In this document: in pieces, positions 35,157 to 48,375 of the stretch
Layout of the letters: each line of letters opens with the position of its first letter
How positions within the stretch are numbered: the first letter of the stretch is position 1
NCBI GenBank assembly: GCA_964016885.1
Contig: OZ024741.1
Span: 166,160,001-166,224,000, forward strand
Direction of reading: 5' to 3'
Length of the DNA stretch: 64,000 bases
From: Eledone cirrhosa
Taxonomy: Eukaryota
Notes under the pieces: model-generated
The model's input: only the letters and a program-made list of their open reading frames with translations
The model's database searches: none
What the model was told of the DNA's origin: nothing
Program-made: the position numbers and the translations under genes

Positions 35157-35373
35157 ATAAATAAGTATGAATGGTTTTCCGAAGAGAGGCGGAAAAAGAG
35201 TACATTTAAATAAGGTACTCAATACACTAGTGGAAAAGATACAGATACATTTCATATAGAAATGAATGTATATATATGCATATATATATATATATATATA
35301 TATATTAGTTTCAGAAGATCCCGTTAAGGGTGAAAGCAGCGATTCTTTGCTTAAACTTTAATAAATATATACA

Positions 35374-35438
<65 letters not shown>

Positions 35439-35446
35439 CAAATTCA

Positions 35447-35483
<37 letters not shown>

Positions 35484-35513
35484 CGATTCTCTAGAAAGGC
35501 CGGAAGATAGGTA

Positions 35514-35558
35514 AATATTGCTGATGAGATGTAACAACATCGAAACTAGTCCAATATT
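35514..35558 (+). ncRNA. Minimal type I hammerhead ribozyme
   Basis: aatattg-CTGATGA-gatgt(aaca)acatc-GAAA-cta-GTC-caatatt: full core, 7-bp stem I, 5-bp stem II, palindromic ACTAGT stem III, GUC site. Confidence 0.9.
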
Positions 35559-35805
35559 CCTTGTCTGGCTTTCTGGAGAATAGAGGAAAGGTGTTTCCTC
35601 GAAAACCAGTATGACTCTAAAAACCGGTTTGTCTGTGTGTTTACATACAGAATAGCTGGACACTCACAGTAAAGTGTCCAGTGAAAAACTCGGTACATCT
35701 ACATATGTACACATGTGTGTATTCATATGCATACTAGTATTTCAGTATACATATGTGGATGTACATTTTTAACTTAATTATATATATATACTGTATATAT
35801 ATATA

Positions 35806-36773
35806 TATATTAGAAAGATCGAGTATCGAAAAAACGGCGCACGAGTTCACGATAAACGAGATTCGACATGAGCGGCAGAGGGCTCAATAATTCAGATGAA
35901 TCAGAGCTATAACTATCGTTAAAATACCGTCACATATAGAACAAGTCTACAATCAACCATACGATATAAAATCGATAAAGGAAGATTCGGGACAAACAGA
36001 TAAAAAATATCAATAAAACAATACGTCAATAATTTAAATGAATGTAAAATCATACCCGGACCCACTAGACAGGTGTTAAATCTAGCTTCATGGGTTTCTG
36101 TAAATCCTTAGACTGTACTCTATCAGCTCACATATAAATATAAAAGCCTACTAGAGCAAGCGGAACGGAGTTTTACTTTCTCAACGAGTTTTTTTCCTGG
36201 CGGTAGAGGAGCCAACTACCAGTGAAAAACGCACATGGCATTAGACAAGGGAGATAACCCCTATATCCGCGAAAACAATTCGAGTGAATGTGGAAATACA
36301 CATATCGAATTAGAGTGCTCAATAGACATGTTAAAATAAAACAAAAGCTATTCATCACTCAATAGAATCGACAAAAAATGAACAATAAAATTAACTGGTG
36401 GATAGCTATGTCCAGAGCTAAATATATTAGAAAGATCGAGTATCGAAAAAACGGCGCACGAGTTCACGATAAACGAGATTCGACATGAGCGGCAGAGGGC
36501 TCAATAATTCAGATGAATCAGAGCTATAACTATCGTTAAAATACCGTCACATATAGAACAAGTCTACAATCAACCATACGATATAAAATCGATAAAGGAA
36601 GATTCGGGACAAACAGATAAAAAATATCAATAAAACAATACGTCAATAATTTAAATGAATGTAAAATCATACCCGGACCCACTAGACAGGTGTTAAATCT
36701 AGCTTCATGGGTTTCTGTAAATCCTTAGACTGTACTCTATCAGCTCACATATAAATATAAAAGCCTACTAGAG
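35806..36773. repeat. 617-bp-period partial tandem: two apparently identical ~350-bp direct repeats, TA-flanked
   Basis: 35806-36155 matches 36423-36773. Confidence 0.9.
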
Positions 36774-36782
36774 TATATATAT

Positions 36783-37094
36783 ATTTGAAAAAAAGGAAAA
36801 GAATGACTTCACTTGTAGTGTTAAAAAATATTTTGATTTAATTTTATAATATAATATTATGAGTTCGTAGATCCAGTAAGTTCTTTGTTAACTTCGGTGG
36901 GAAGAATTTTAGAGATTCCTGATTAACTTGGGCTGGACAACTTTCTCGCATTCCTCTGTCTGTGGCGATTGTCAAACTGAGATCAGGTTGTGTTGAAATG
37001 TGTGACTATATATAAGAGAGAGATTTGGATGTGTCTGCGGTGTGGCGTGTGGTGTTAATGAGTGTTGATGATGATGAAGGTCCGGAGGAATTAA

Positions 37095-37170
<76 letters not shown>

Positions 37171-37310
37171 TATATATATACACTCAGAAAATGGTGAGGT
37201 TGCAAGATAAGGGTGTTTGAGAAGGTGGTTGTAAACATACTCTCCTGCCGGTTTTATTTCATTAGCTGACCTACTACAAGTGAAGTCATTCTTTTCCCTT
37301 TTTCAAATAT
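36783..37310. repeat. Short TA-flanked element with ~36-bp terminal inverted repeats
   Basis: tttgaaaaaaaggaaaagaatgacttcacttgtagt versus its reverse complement at 37273-37310. Confidence 0.75.
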
Positions 37311-37422
37311 ACCTAACTGTATCAAGGATCTCACACATTTTCCAATATATATATATATATATATATTTCGTTTCTGAATTTGTTTAGCAAGATTCTTTAT
37401 CTGAAATCGTGTGTTGAAACCG

Positions 37423-37719
37423 ATATTGTTATACTTTGGGAGGGTCATGTTGCCAATAAGAAACACACGCACCAGTTGCTTTCACTTCAATTTATTATAA
37501 TAAATTTATAAATTTAGGAATTTATAAATTTCTGGTTGGTTGGTTGGTTCCACAATCAGATGGTTGTTTATATATTGTCAACATATATAAACAACCATCT
37601 GGTTGTGGAACCAACCAACCAACCAGAAATTTATAAATTTATTATAATAAATTGAAGTGAAAGCAACTGGTGCGTGTGTTTCTTATTGGCAACATGACCC
37701 TCCCAAAGTATAACAATAT
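37423..37719. repeat. Near-perfect fold-back palindrome (~140-bp arms)
   Basis: 37423-37573 is the reverse complement of 37583-37719 apart from a short internal duplication. Confidence 0.9.
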
Positions 37720-37940
37720 ATATATACACGATACAGCAGTACATGTAAGTTAGAGTAACCGGGGGAGAGGGAGGAGTTAATACAGAGACCGGACATAAGT
37801 CCTGAACCCGTACTAACAGCACGAGGGACAGAAAAAAAACGTCTGATCATAGCTAGAACAGGCGCAAAGAAGTAGAGACAACGAAATGAACACACACACA
37901 CACATTCACATACACACACACATATATATATATATATATA

Positions 37941-37980
<40 letters not shown>

Positions 37981-38001
37981 CATATGTATGTATATGTATA
38001 C

Positions 38002-38044
<43 letters not shown>

Positions 38045-38178
38045 ATATATATAATATGTATACATATGTATACATATACATATATACATATATATATATA
38101 TACATATATATTATATATATGTATATATATATACATATATATTATATATATATGTATATATATATACATATATAAATG

Positions 38179-38277
<99 letters not shown>

Positions 38278-38725
38278 CACTCACGATTACCTATTTGCTC
38301 TCACCTCTCTCTGCCTCTTCTTCGCCTCTGCTTCGCTTTATCTCCTTTTCCCCACCTTTCCAAAAACGTAATCTCTACCCATGAAAACCTATGTTTTGGC
38401 ACGTACTTAGTATTTATGTTTTATTAATTATAACTGACATTTCTTGAAGCTACAACAGAAATCGTGTTGTTGTTGTCTTTATTGTTGATAGAGTAAAGTA
38501 AGGTAATGGTGGTTGGAGAGTTATGATTGAGATGGCGGTTGTAATGATGGTGCTGGGCTGAGGGGGATGTTGGTGATGACTGGTAGTGGTAACGGTGGCG
38601 TTTATGATGAGGGGGTTTATAATATTAAATGATAAAGATGGTGGAGAATAATAAAGGATGATAACTATAATGATATTAACTGAAGAAGAAGAAGAAGAAG
38701 TAGAAGAAGAAGAAAGAAAGAAAGA

Positions 38726-38760
<35 letters not shown>

Positions 38761-39354
38761 GAAAGAATGATGATGATGAAGAAGAAAGAATGATGATCAT
38801 GATGATGATGATGATGATGATCAAGAAGAAGAAGAAGAAGAAGAAGAAGAAGAAGAAATATGAATGACTTATTTAGTCTAAATATGTTGATATAGACTTT
38901 CCAGCTATCCAGGTTACTTAACTAAAATGACGAATATAATTGAATTAAGCTGTTTTACGTTCTTTTATTAATCCCCCCTCTCCCCTTCTCTCTCATACCC
39001 TTTCCTTTTCGTTCACATATCTGTACAACTCAGTACACACACACACAAACACACACACACACGCATATATATATACACATGCATACATGAATGAGATATG
39101 TAAAATAATTTGACTTTGTTATCATTGTTAAATAAAATTAATTTTATTCTGAGTTAACATTCTATTGGTTTTTTTCCCTGGATTACATAAAATCTGTGGA
39201 TAAAATTTCTGTCTTGACTTTTTTTGAATTGAGATTGAATTATTTTCCCATATCTTACGTTAAATATTTTCCATCTTGACGTAATAGTCACTTATATGTA
39301 TGAATTACTTTTGGCTTCTTGCTCACATTAATTTCTCTATTTTCATTTATATAT

Positions 39355-39897
39355 AAATGGAATAGAATGACACGAAATTTCATTTCTCACTCTTAGTACG
39401 GCACTTACTTAAATGTAAGTATGTATGTATGTATACGTACATACATATATGTATACAGACGTACAGTAGTATGTATATATATATACATACATGCACACAT
39501 ATATATATGCACGTATCGGTTTACTGAACATTTATTATAATGCTCGGTTTGTTTGTTTGTAAACAAACAAACAGCCCGAATTACGCCGTACAGTGTTTAG
39601 GCAACCACGTCACCTTTTTGTTCAACACTGACACAGGAACGATGTACTAGTTTCAAGCTTATTAGCTATCGTCAGCATCGTATACCTTCCTGCCAAATGG
39701 TTGAACGTCTGAAAGTATATACTTTCCTTATGCATATTAACGGCTGAGCAGCCTAATTTGTATATCGAGTGAGTTCAGTCGGCCGGGCGCACCGAAAACG
39801 ATAAATGGAATAGAATGAAACGAAATTTCATTTCTCACTCTTAGTACGGCACTTACTTAAATGTATGTATGTATACGTACATACATATATGTATATC
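39355..39897 (-). mobile_element. Retrozyme-like non-coding element: 448-bp unit plus ~95-bp terminal direct repeat, one hammerhead
   Basis: aaatggaatagaatga... at 39355 and 39803; hammerhead at 39639-39681; second copy at 59666-60125 in opposite orientation. Confidence 0.75.
39639..39681 (-). ncRNA. Minimal hammerhead ribozyme
   Basis: Minus strand acgatg-CTGACGA-tagct(aata)agctt-GAAA-cta-GTA-catcgt. Confidence 0.85.
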
Positions 39898-39984
39898 ATA
39901 AATGTTTGATTCTTATAGAATTTTTAGTAATAATCAAGAACTGATTATACAGAGCGGTTGCCGGCCAAGCAGAAATTGAAAATT

Positions 39985-40287
39985 AGAATTGGCGCTCTGA
40001 AATAGCGATATATATATGAATGTATATATAGAAATTCTATAAGAATCAAACATTCATGATTTTCAGCAAACAGGTGGAGTACTTGGCTTTGATAAGTACC
40101 AATCAGTACGAAACATAGCTCTGTCAGCTTTATCTCCCCTGTTTGCTGAAAATTTAAAGTAAGTGAGACTGTCACTACTCTAAAACAATAGCATAAGGTC
40201 TTCGAATGCTTTTAATTAAGCATACAGTGTATTGCAAAATACACTATATATACATTCATATATATATCGGTATTTCAGAGCGCCAAT

Positions 40288-40290
<3 letters not shown>
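39985..40290. repeat. Element with ~47-bp inverted repeats and a degenerate hammerhead (40086-40128, +)
   Basis: agaattggcgctctgaaatagcgat... versus its reverse complement at 40243-40290; gct-TTGATAA-gtac(caatca)gtac-GAAAC...GTC-agc has two core mismatches. Confidence 0.65.
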
Positions 40291-40337
<47 letters not shown>

Positions 40338-40419
40338 GGAAAAATTTGAACAGGGACAAAACAGAGAGGCAGTACAACGAATGTTTATTAATTTCACGCT
40401 CTGGAGAGTGGGGTGTTGG

Positions 40420-40442
<23 letters not shown>

Positions 40443-40452
<10 letters not shown>

Positions 40453-40700
40453 CAACGAATGTTCTCATCTTCAAATATAATTAATTGTAATGATGAAAGA
40501 AAAATTAAACTATATGCTTCGGGGAAAAAACATTATAACAGTTTTATTTTGTTAGTCACATCAAATGAGTTGTTAAATCATTTACATAGTTTCTCTATGA
40601 TCCATTCATATGGGAATACTTCATTGAGGTAACCATCGTGGTAGTCTGCGTAATAGTCTTAGTTTTATACTTACTGGCAGGCAGACAGCCAACCAGCCAT
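40443..40700 (+). repeat. ~255-bp dispersed duplication (second copy 47602-47857)
   Basis: Near-identical sequence from ttataatcacaacgaatg to gccaaccagcca. Confidence 0.9.
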
Positions 40701-41037
40701 TATATATTTAAAAGATTAAATAAATAAATAAGTATAATTATATCATTTTTTTCTAAACCCATGTATATATCTTTGGGTGTATATATGTATATTTCTATAA
40801 ATAATTCTAAAATAACTCTTCAATATTTTTTTCAAATTTAGTAGCAAACCCTTTAAAAAATTTAAATAAGTATTTAAAATTTATCTAGCGTCTAAACTTA
40901 ACGGAACTTTTCAGTTTTAACGTTATCCTCATTAGCATATTCCACTTGAGTGTTGAACAATTCTATTCACTATCCTCACTGAACTCATAACATTAGGTTC
41001 ACATGAAGATATGTCACTATCTTAACACCAATTATTA

Positions 41038-41098
41038 TATTTTATCTGACGAAAGCGTACTTAAATATTAGTACCCTTGAAATACGTATAATAAAATA
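41038..41098 (+). ncRNA. Minimal hammerhead ribozyme
   Basis: tattttat-CTGACGA-aagcgtac...gtaccctt-GAAA-tacgta-ta-ataaaata. Confidence 0.8.
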
Positions 41099-41245
41099 AA
41101 TATGGTTTTATAAAGATATTTTCCATTTGTTAATATTATTGATATTAATGATACTCCGGATAAAAACTGTTGAGTGCTTCTAATCTGTTATAAAATTAAC
41201 TTTGTTGAATAATCAACAAATCAAATAACTCATTGTATATATAAA

Positions 41246-41463
41246 GGATCGATCGACTTTCGTCAAATCGGACCGAGGAAACAATGTTTCCGTTGGTCTT
41301 TCCAGTTGCTAGTACTATCTATCGGTCGCAACTCCAGGTAGAAGAAGCAACGTGAAATAAAGTGTCTTGCTCAAGGACATAACGCATCGCACGGTTCAAG
41401 AATCGAACTCACAACCTCAAGATTGTGAATCCAATTCTCTAACCATTCAGCCACACGCCTTCA
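41246..41463 (-). mobile_element. tRNA-derived SINE (family 2)
   Basis: Minus-strand head TGGCTGAATGG...GAGTTCGATTC followed by TGTCCTTGAGCAAGACACT; related copies at 59498-59642 and ~53740-53880. Confidence 0.75.
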
Positions 41464-41501
<38 letters not shown>

Positions 41502-41510
41502 AATTGGCAG

Positions 41511-41736
<226 letters not shown>

Positions 41737-41739
41737 CAG

Positions 41740-41783
<44 letters not shown>

Positions 41784-41810
41784 CTGCCAATATATATATA
41801 TATATATATA

Positions 41811-41967
41811 TACGATATTAAATAAATGGAAACTATATTTATAAAACCATATTTATTTCATTATATATATTTCATGGATATCATATTAACAATATGCTAT
41901 GCCTTCCTCAGACAAAATACAATATAAACAGTTTTATAGATAAATAGATTTGACATACCGTACAACA

Positions 41968-42019
<52 letters not shown>

Positions 42020-42173
42020 TGTTGTACGGTATGTCAAATCTATTTATCTATAAAACTGTTTATATTGTATTTTGTCTGAGGAAGGCATAGCATATTGTTA
42101 ATATGATATCCATGAAATATATATAATGAAATAAATATGGTTTTATAAATATAGTTTCCATTTATTTAATATC

Positions 42174-42176
<3 letters not shown>
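41811..42176. repeat. Perfect 160-bp inverted repeat around (TA)n, hammerhead-like motif in each arm
   Basis: Arms 41811-41970 and 42017-42176; CTGAGGA...GAAA-tatata-ta at 42068-42133 (+) and 41854-41919 (-). Confidence 0.88.
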
Positions 42177-42248
<72 letters not shown>

Positions 42249-42251
<3 letters not shown>

Positions 42252-45200
42252 GAAAAAGTGAAGAATAACATGGTCAACGGTACAAAAAAAAAGGAATTTA
42301 TTTACAATCTAACAATTGTTTCTTTGATTAAGTTGTCTAAAAATTGCTGAACACTAGAAGCAGTGCCACTCAATTTTAAATACGATCAAATCATCAGAGG
42401 ATATAACGGCAAATTTACAAATTCAAATTACAGCATCAATAATAATATTAATAATAAAGATAGAGAGAGAAAAAAAAGAAAGAAAGAGAGATAGATAAAG
42501 GAAAGAAAGAAAAAGGATAAGGAAAAAGAAAAAGAAAAAGAAAAAGAAAAAGAAAAAGAAAAAGAAAAAGAAATAAAAAAGGAAAAGGAGAAATGAAAAA
42601 GAGAAAGATATATAGAGAAAAAAAGATATTGAGAAAGGACGATAGAAAGAGGAGAGAAAAGGATAAAGGAGAAATAACGTAAGGAGAAATAACGTAAGAG
42701 AGAAAGAAAAATAGAGGGAAAATAATGATATCAACAATAAATGAATAAATGTTAATACATGAATAAATGTAAATAAATAAATAAATAAATAAGTAAATTA
42801 CATCTAGGGTGATATAAAATGATATAAAATATAAATATGAAAGTATGAAAATATGAAAATAATTAAGTAAAAATGTGCGGAGAAATTTAAACATATTAAG
42901 ATTATTGAAAGTGGTTATTGAGAGTAGTTAAAATGTAGAGAGATACGAAGGTAAAAATATGATAATTGTTTCTACTTTTGGCAAAATATATTTATGTGTG
43001 TATTGGTTATTTTAATAAATTAATTATATAATTAATTAATTAATTAATTAATTGTAAGTTATATTAGAAGTGAAAATGATATGATAAGATAAAATAAGAT
43101 AAAATGCCAGAGATGAAATAAATTTAGGGAAAGAAATATAGAGATAGAAAGTGAAATATAGAGATACATAAAATATTAATGTAAATATAAGAGGTTTTGA
43201 TGTTAATTCTTTGATAGATGATGACAATTATAACAATAATGATGATAATGGGATATTATAATAGATCTAAGTGGTACAAATTGGGTTATGGAATAGATAA
43301 GATGAATTAAGCTGGTCTAAAGTTCTCAAATTTGGTCGCCGTTTTAAGCCTACAGAAAATAGTTCTTTCAATTTTATTATTAAGTAGCATTTTGTTGTTA
43401 TTTAAAATTTGGAAAAGTTCCATATTACAAAGACCACAGTGGGACATGTCAACTCGATAGGCTGTTGCTGTTGATAGCTTCATCCAGCTGATTCTATATT
43501 CCATATTTGCATCTCTGAGTTGCCAAATTTGATTGGCGAGAGTCGTTGTATTTATGAGCTTCCTGTTAGTCATAGAGTGTCTATGGACATTCCACCGTTT
43601 CTTAAACTCGCCAGCTGTGGAGCCTATGCAGTGCCATGCTAAGCTGCCTGAATTTATAGTACATAGGTATACTATATTTAATTCTAGGCATCTATTTTGT
43701 AATGGGCATTTGTCATGTGCCGGTTCTTTCCTATGTGCCGGTTCTTCGATATGGTTTTGCAGGTTGTTATGCACAGGCTGAGCATTGTGTTTATTGATGT
43801 ATTGTGGTGATGTGTTCTGACGTGTGTTTGGTTGTGATGATGTTATATGCTTATGTTTTGTATTTGGTGTTATGGTACTTATTTGTGGGCTACTTGTATT
43901 ATAAATTATTTTATAGTTAATTTTATGTATGTGCGATTCTATGTTGTTGGCAGTGGAGTATGATAGTTTGATAGTTTTTCTATTAAAGATTTTATGATAT
44001 TTATGAATTTTAGGGAAGTGTTTGTCAACTAATTTGAAGAAAGTGAGGTAGTTTTGTTTTTATAGAGGAGTTAAACACTGGATTGAACCATAAGTACTTT
44101 CTATCTCTGCATCTTCTATAGTTAGTAGTGGTCTTTATATTAGTATTCTGTTCAATTAATTGACGTCCTTGTTGCCAATTTCTATGTTTAGTCCTAGATT
44201 TGTTGCTTCTATAGGTGTGGATAGTGTTATTTCTATTAAGTGTATTGTTATTTTTTGTATCTGGTATGTATTTGAGTCTCTCTTTATGGCTTGCCTTAAG
44301 TAAAGCTATGTTGTAGTAGTTAGCGTGTTCGTTAAAAATCTCTAGATTAGAAGATAGGCGCGAGATTCTAAGGGATATACTATGGAGTTAATTATGGATC
44401 GAGGGTGATTAGAGTTATAAATAATGTAAGCTAAATTTTAATTATTTTTATGGAAGAGTTCTATTAGTCCTGTGTTTAGGTTGAGCGATACATCTAAGAA
44501 GATGGCTTTTTTAGAGTTGAGTTCAAAAGTGATGTTAAGGCCTAAATTATTAAAGAATTTTCTAATCTTTTTCTGTAATCTTTTTAAGTTTTGATTATTT
44601 AGGTTTTTAGCTAAAAGTAATGTATCGTCTCTATAAATTCCTCCTTGCAGGTTATCAAATTCCTTATGTAAGATATGTGCTATATAAATTCCGACAATGT
44701 CCGTAACTTGGGCTGAATCATTTGATCCCATAGTTATATCGAAGTTATTCTGCTTATTTTTTCTTTCCCAGTAACTATTGTCGAATCTAATGATTGTTCT
44801 TCTAGCAGCTAGTATTATTTTAATTTCCTCTGGTGATAGGTCAGAGTTTTTTTGTACAAAGGATAGTGCCCTATTTAGGGTTACTGGGGAAATAGAAGAG
44901 TAGTAGTCATTAATGTCAAATTGTATGAAGTCGGAAGATTCTCTATTGTCTAATTTATTAAACCAATCTATTGCTTCATTAGTGTTACCCCAGAGCTTGA
45001 TTATTAGTTTTTCTTTAATTTTTGGTATTATTCTATCTAGTATAAACTTGCTAATTCTGCCTATATCTGATTTTGAAGCACATATTAATCTAATAGTAGG
45101 GTTAGTTTCGAAGTTATATTTATGATCCTTCAGATTAAAAGTGGGTTTACAAGGGGTTAGTGGTTCGGTTCTATCAGATATTTTGAGTTTTTCTACTATG

Positions 45201-45790
45201 TTAAGACCTTCCTTGTTAATGCTATTGAGTGTAGACTCTGTAGTTTTCTTGTATTTTTATGTAATTCCCGGCGTATAAAGTTGTTGTATGTATTAAGGCT
45301 CATGGTGTATACATTAGATGTTTTGTCTGCCTTTACTATAATACCATTGGTGTTACGTAGTTTTTTTAGTAGTGCATTGGTGTTATTTTGTAGTTTGTTA
45401 TGATGTGTTCGTTTTTTGAATTTAGTTTCCTTTATCATGTTCATGAGGTCAAGTTCAAAGGCATCAAGTTGTGGGTGCACGGTGGATTATTGCAGGATTT
45501 GAACCCATATTTTTCATTGATAGACCCATTATTTCTATAATTATTATTAATGATAGAAACAATTGTTAGACTGTAAATAAATTCCCTTTTTTGTACTGTT
45601 TACCATGTTATTCTTCACTTTTTCAATATTATTACTCCAAGATAAACTCACATAGGAATTCAAGTGAAATCATAAACTCGCCATTTACGTAAACCTATTG
45701 TTGAGTCAAACAACGCCCTACGCTAAAACTATCCATAATAATAAGTATTCACAACCTCTAACTGGATTACCTATAACGATATGTTGTTAT
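42249..45790 (-). mobile_element. Decayed Penelope-like element (RT plus C-terminal GIY-YIG) with inverted pseudo-LTR
   Basis: KADKT, MGS...IYRDDTLL RT motifs; CPLQNRCL...IVY...IGST...FKKRW...CGLC endonuclease; 42249-42322 is inverted at 45556-45628; TA flanks. Confidence 0.88.
42307..42402 (-). ncRNA. Hammerhead with extended stem II in the Penelope pLTR
   Basis: CTGATGA-tttgat...(~55 nt with inner helices)...atcaaa-GAAA-caattg-tta-gat; stem I weak. Confidence 0.7.
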
Positions 45791-45791
45791 T

Positions 45792-45840
<49 letters not shown>

Positions 45841-45845
<5 letters not shown>

Positions 45846-46553
45846 ATATAGAAATTATTGTGAGCAAGAAGCCAACAGTATTTCATAATATATAAGTGAC
45901 TATAACGTCAAAATGGAAAATAATTAACGTAAGATATGGGAAAATAATTCAAACTCAATTAAAAAAAAATCAAGACAGATTTTATCCACAGATTTTGTGA
46001 AATCCAGGGAAAAACCAATAGAGTCATTAACTCAGAATAAAATAAAGCTTAAATACTCATCCTTCAATTTGGAAAAAACTACAAATGCTCTATATAGTCT
46101 TAAAAAGACTATTTCACGAAATTTTCAGTGGGGATGGTCACGGTTGGAATGGTTCGTCAGTAGAGCTCAAACACGATAACCCTAAACTACTACCAAAATA
46201 TGCCAAAAAGGAAATTTAAAAGCAGGCTAGTTCACCTCGTGCGGAATTATAAAAATAAACACACATGGCGAGACATGGCTGGTGACGTCAGAATGAGACG
46301 AATGTCTATTTACAAGAAACAGCAGTCAAAAACATTCCGAAAAAAACTCTACAAAATATAAAGAGTTCAGCAAAATAGCAATATTATCGCGGTTTAAAAA
46401 AAAAAAAGACCGGGATTAGTCACAAATAATTTTAAGCACTCTAGGAAAAATTCCGAGTATAAATATAAATGAAAATATAAAAATTATTGTGAGCAAGAAG
46501 CCAACAGTATTTCATAATATATAAGTGACTATAACGTCAAAATGGAAAATAAA
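45841..46553. mobile_element. 629-bp unit with ~84-bp terminal direct repeat, TA-flanked
   Basis: 45841-45923 matches 46470-46553; a related inverted fragment lies at ~39135-39297. Confidence 0.7.
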
Positions 46554-46652
46554 TATATATATATATATATTTAAAAGTAATAAAAATAACGAAACAAATG
46601 GCACAGTACACGGAAGAAATATATTAGTTTAACGCTTGTAGCAGCAACAATG

Positions 46653-46688
46653 TCTTAACGTTTCGAACGTTAGTCCTTCATCAGAAGA
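46653..46688 (-). ncRNA. Minimal hammerhead ribozyme
   Basis: tctt-CTGATGA-aggac(taac)gttc-GAAA-cgtta-aga, with palindromic AACGTT. Confidence 0.75.
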
Positions 46689-46822
46689 TAAAGTTAGAAA
46701 TAGAAGATAAATAGAAAGTAAAGAGAGCTGAGAGGAAGGAACGGTTGGGGAAAATGAGAAAAAGTTGGGGAGAAAAAAACACGTGCGTAATTCTCTCTCA
46801 CTCTCTCTCTCTCTCTCTCTAT

Positions 46823-46886
<64 letters not shown>

Positions 46887-46896
46887 GTATATATAT

Positions 46897-47178
46897 AACG
46901 AAGGAGTTGTGGTAAGGAACCAGATGGACCATAGCGCACAAGAGTACTCAATACTTAGGGTAGTAGAATGAGTAATAGGAAAATGTATGACCCCGACGGC
47001 AGAGCTCAAGCCGTTTCGACGGCTATTTCTGGACTGTAAGGAACCAGATGGACCATAACGCACCAGAGTACTCAATACTTAGGGTAGTAGAATGGGTAAT
47101 AGGGAAAATATATGACCCCGACGTCCAGAAATAGCCGTCAAAACGGCTTGAGCTCTGCCGTCGGGGTCATACATTTTC

Positions 47179-47181
<3 letters not shown>
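46897..47181. repeat. TA-flanked element: 124-bp partial tandem plus inverted tail
   Basis: 46912-46997 matches 47036-47122; 47123-47181 is complementary to 46976-47034. Confidence 0.85.
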
Positions 47182-47230
<49 letters not shown>

Positions 47231-47960
47231 CTCTTTAAAATTTAGACACAGTAATGCATTTCCTACCTGAATTCTAAGCGCTGTAAATACCTATTTCTTC
47301 ATACTTTTAATCCTGTACATCATTTGAACATATATACTGAACATTCATGCAATTAATTATATCCTATAAATAAATTAAGATAGCATTCTTATCTTTAATC
47401 ACATCCGTGTCAGTAACCAATATAAACCATATAGTTCCTTATACGCCACCCAATCATTTGTCAATAACAAATTCCACAGTTTGAATGATTGTTCCTATAT
47501 TCAGTAATCTTGGTGTATATGGCATACCAACCTTGGCTCCAAACATTAAATACGTTCGTCACTATTGCTGCCATTAATGATGGCACGGCTCCATTGCTAT
47601 CTTATAATCACAACGAATGTTCTCGTCTTCAAATATAATTAATTGTAATGATGAAAGAAAAATTAAACTATATGCTTCGGGGAAAAAACATTATAACAGT
47701 TTTATTTTGTTAGTCACATCAAATGAGTTGTTAAATCATTTACATAGTTTCTCTATGATCCATTCATATGGGAATACATCATTGAGGTAACCATCGTGGT
47801 CGTCTTCGTATTAGTCTTAGTTTTATACTTACTGGCAGGCAGACAGCCAACCAGCCAGATCAACTGTAATTATACAAAATTTCAAGGAACGGTGCTACCC
47901 AATATTCTAGCGACACTGCCAATTCACTGCCTACAAATCCCCTCCCTCTCTCTCACTCTC

Positions 47961-48072
<112 letters not shown>

Positions 48073-48290
48073 GAGAAGAAAGAAGGAAGAATACTGCGTG
48101 GTTGCACATGGGTTACATATGATAAAATTAGTCCCTCGTCAGTGATTTGCCAACCATCATTGGTATTTCGTCGCATTAAAAATCATATACCTCAGGTTGG
48201 TGCGAGCAATAACTAAAAAAAGCTATTGGGACAAGTAAATCGCGTAAAGCGAGTGAGACAAGTAAACAACATAGAAGGATGAAAACAACG

Positions 48291-48369
<79 letters not shown>

Positions 48370-48375
<6 letters not shown>

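Noticed and set aside
35306-35357. Hammerhead in the short repeat also found inverted at 51078-51132 (CAGAAGA-tccc/gggt-GAAA)
   Set aside because: Core mismatch, no NUH triplet and no clear stem I.
35806-36773. TRIM/LTR retrotransposon
   Set aside because: No TG...CA termini, primer-binding site or polypurine tract recognised.
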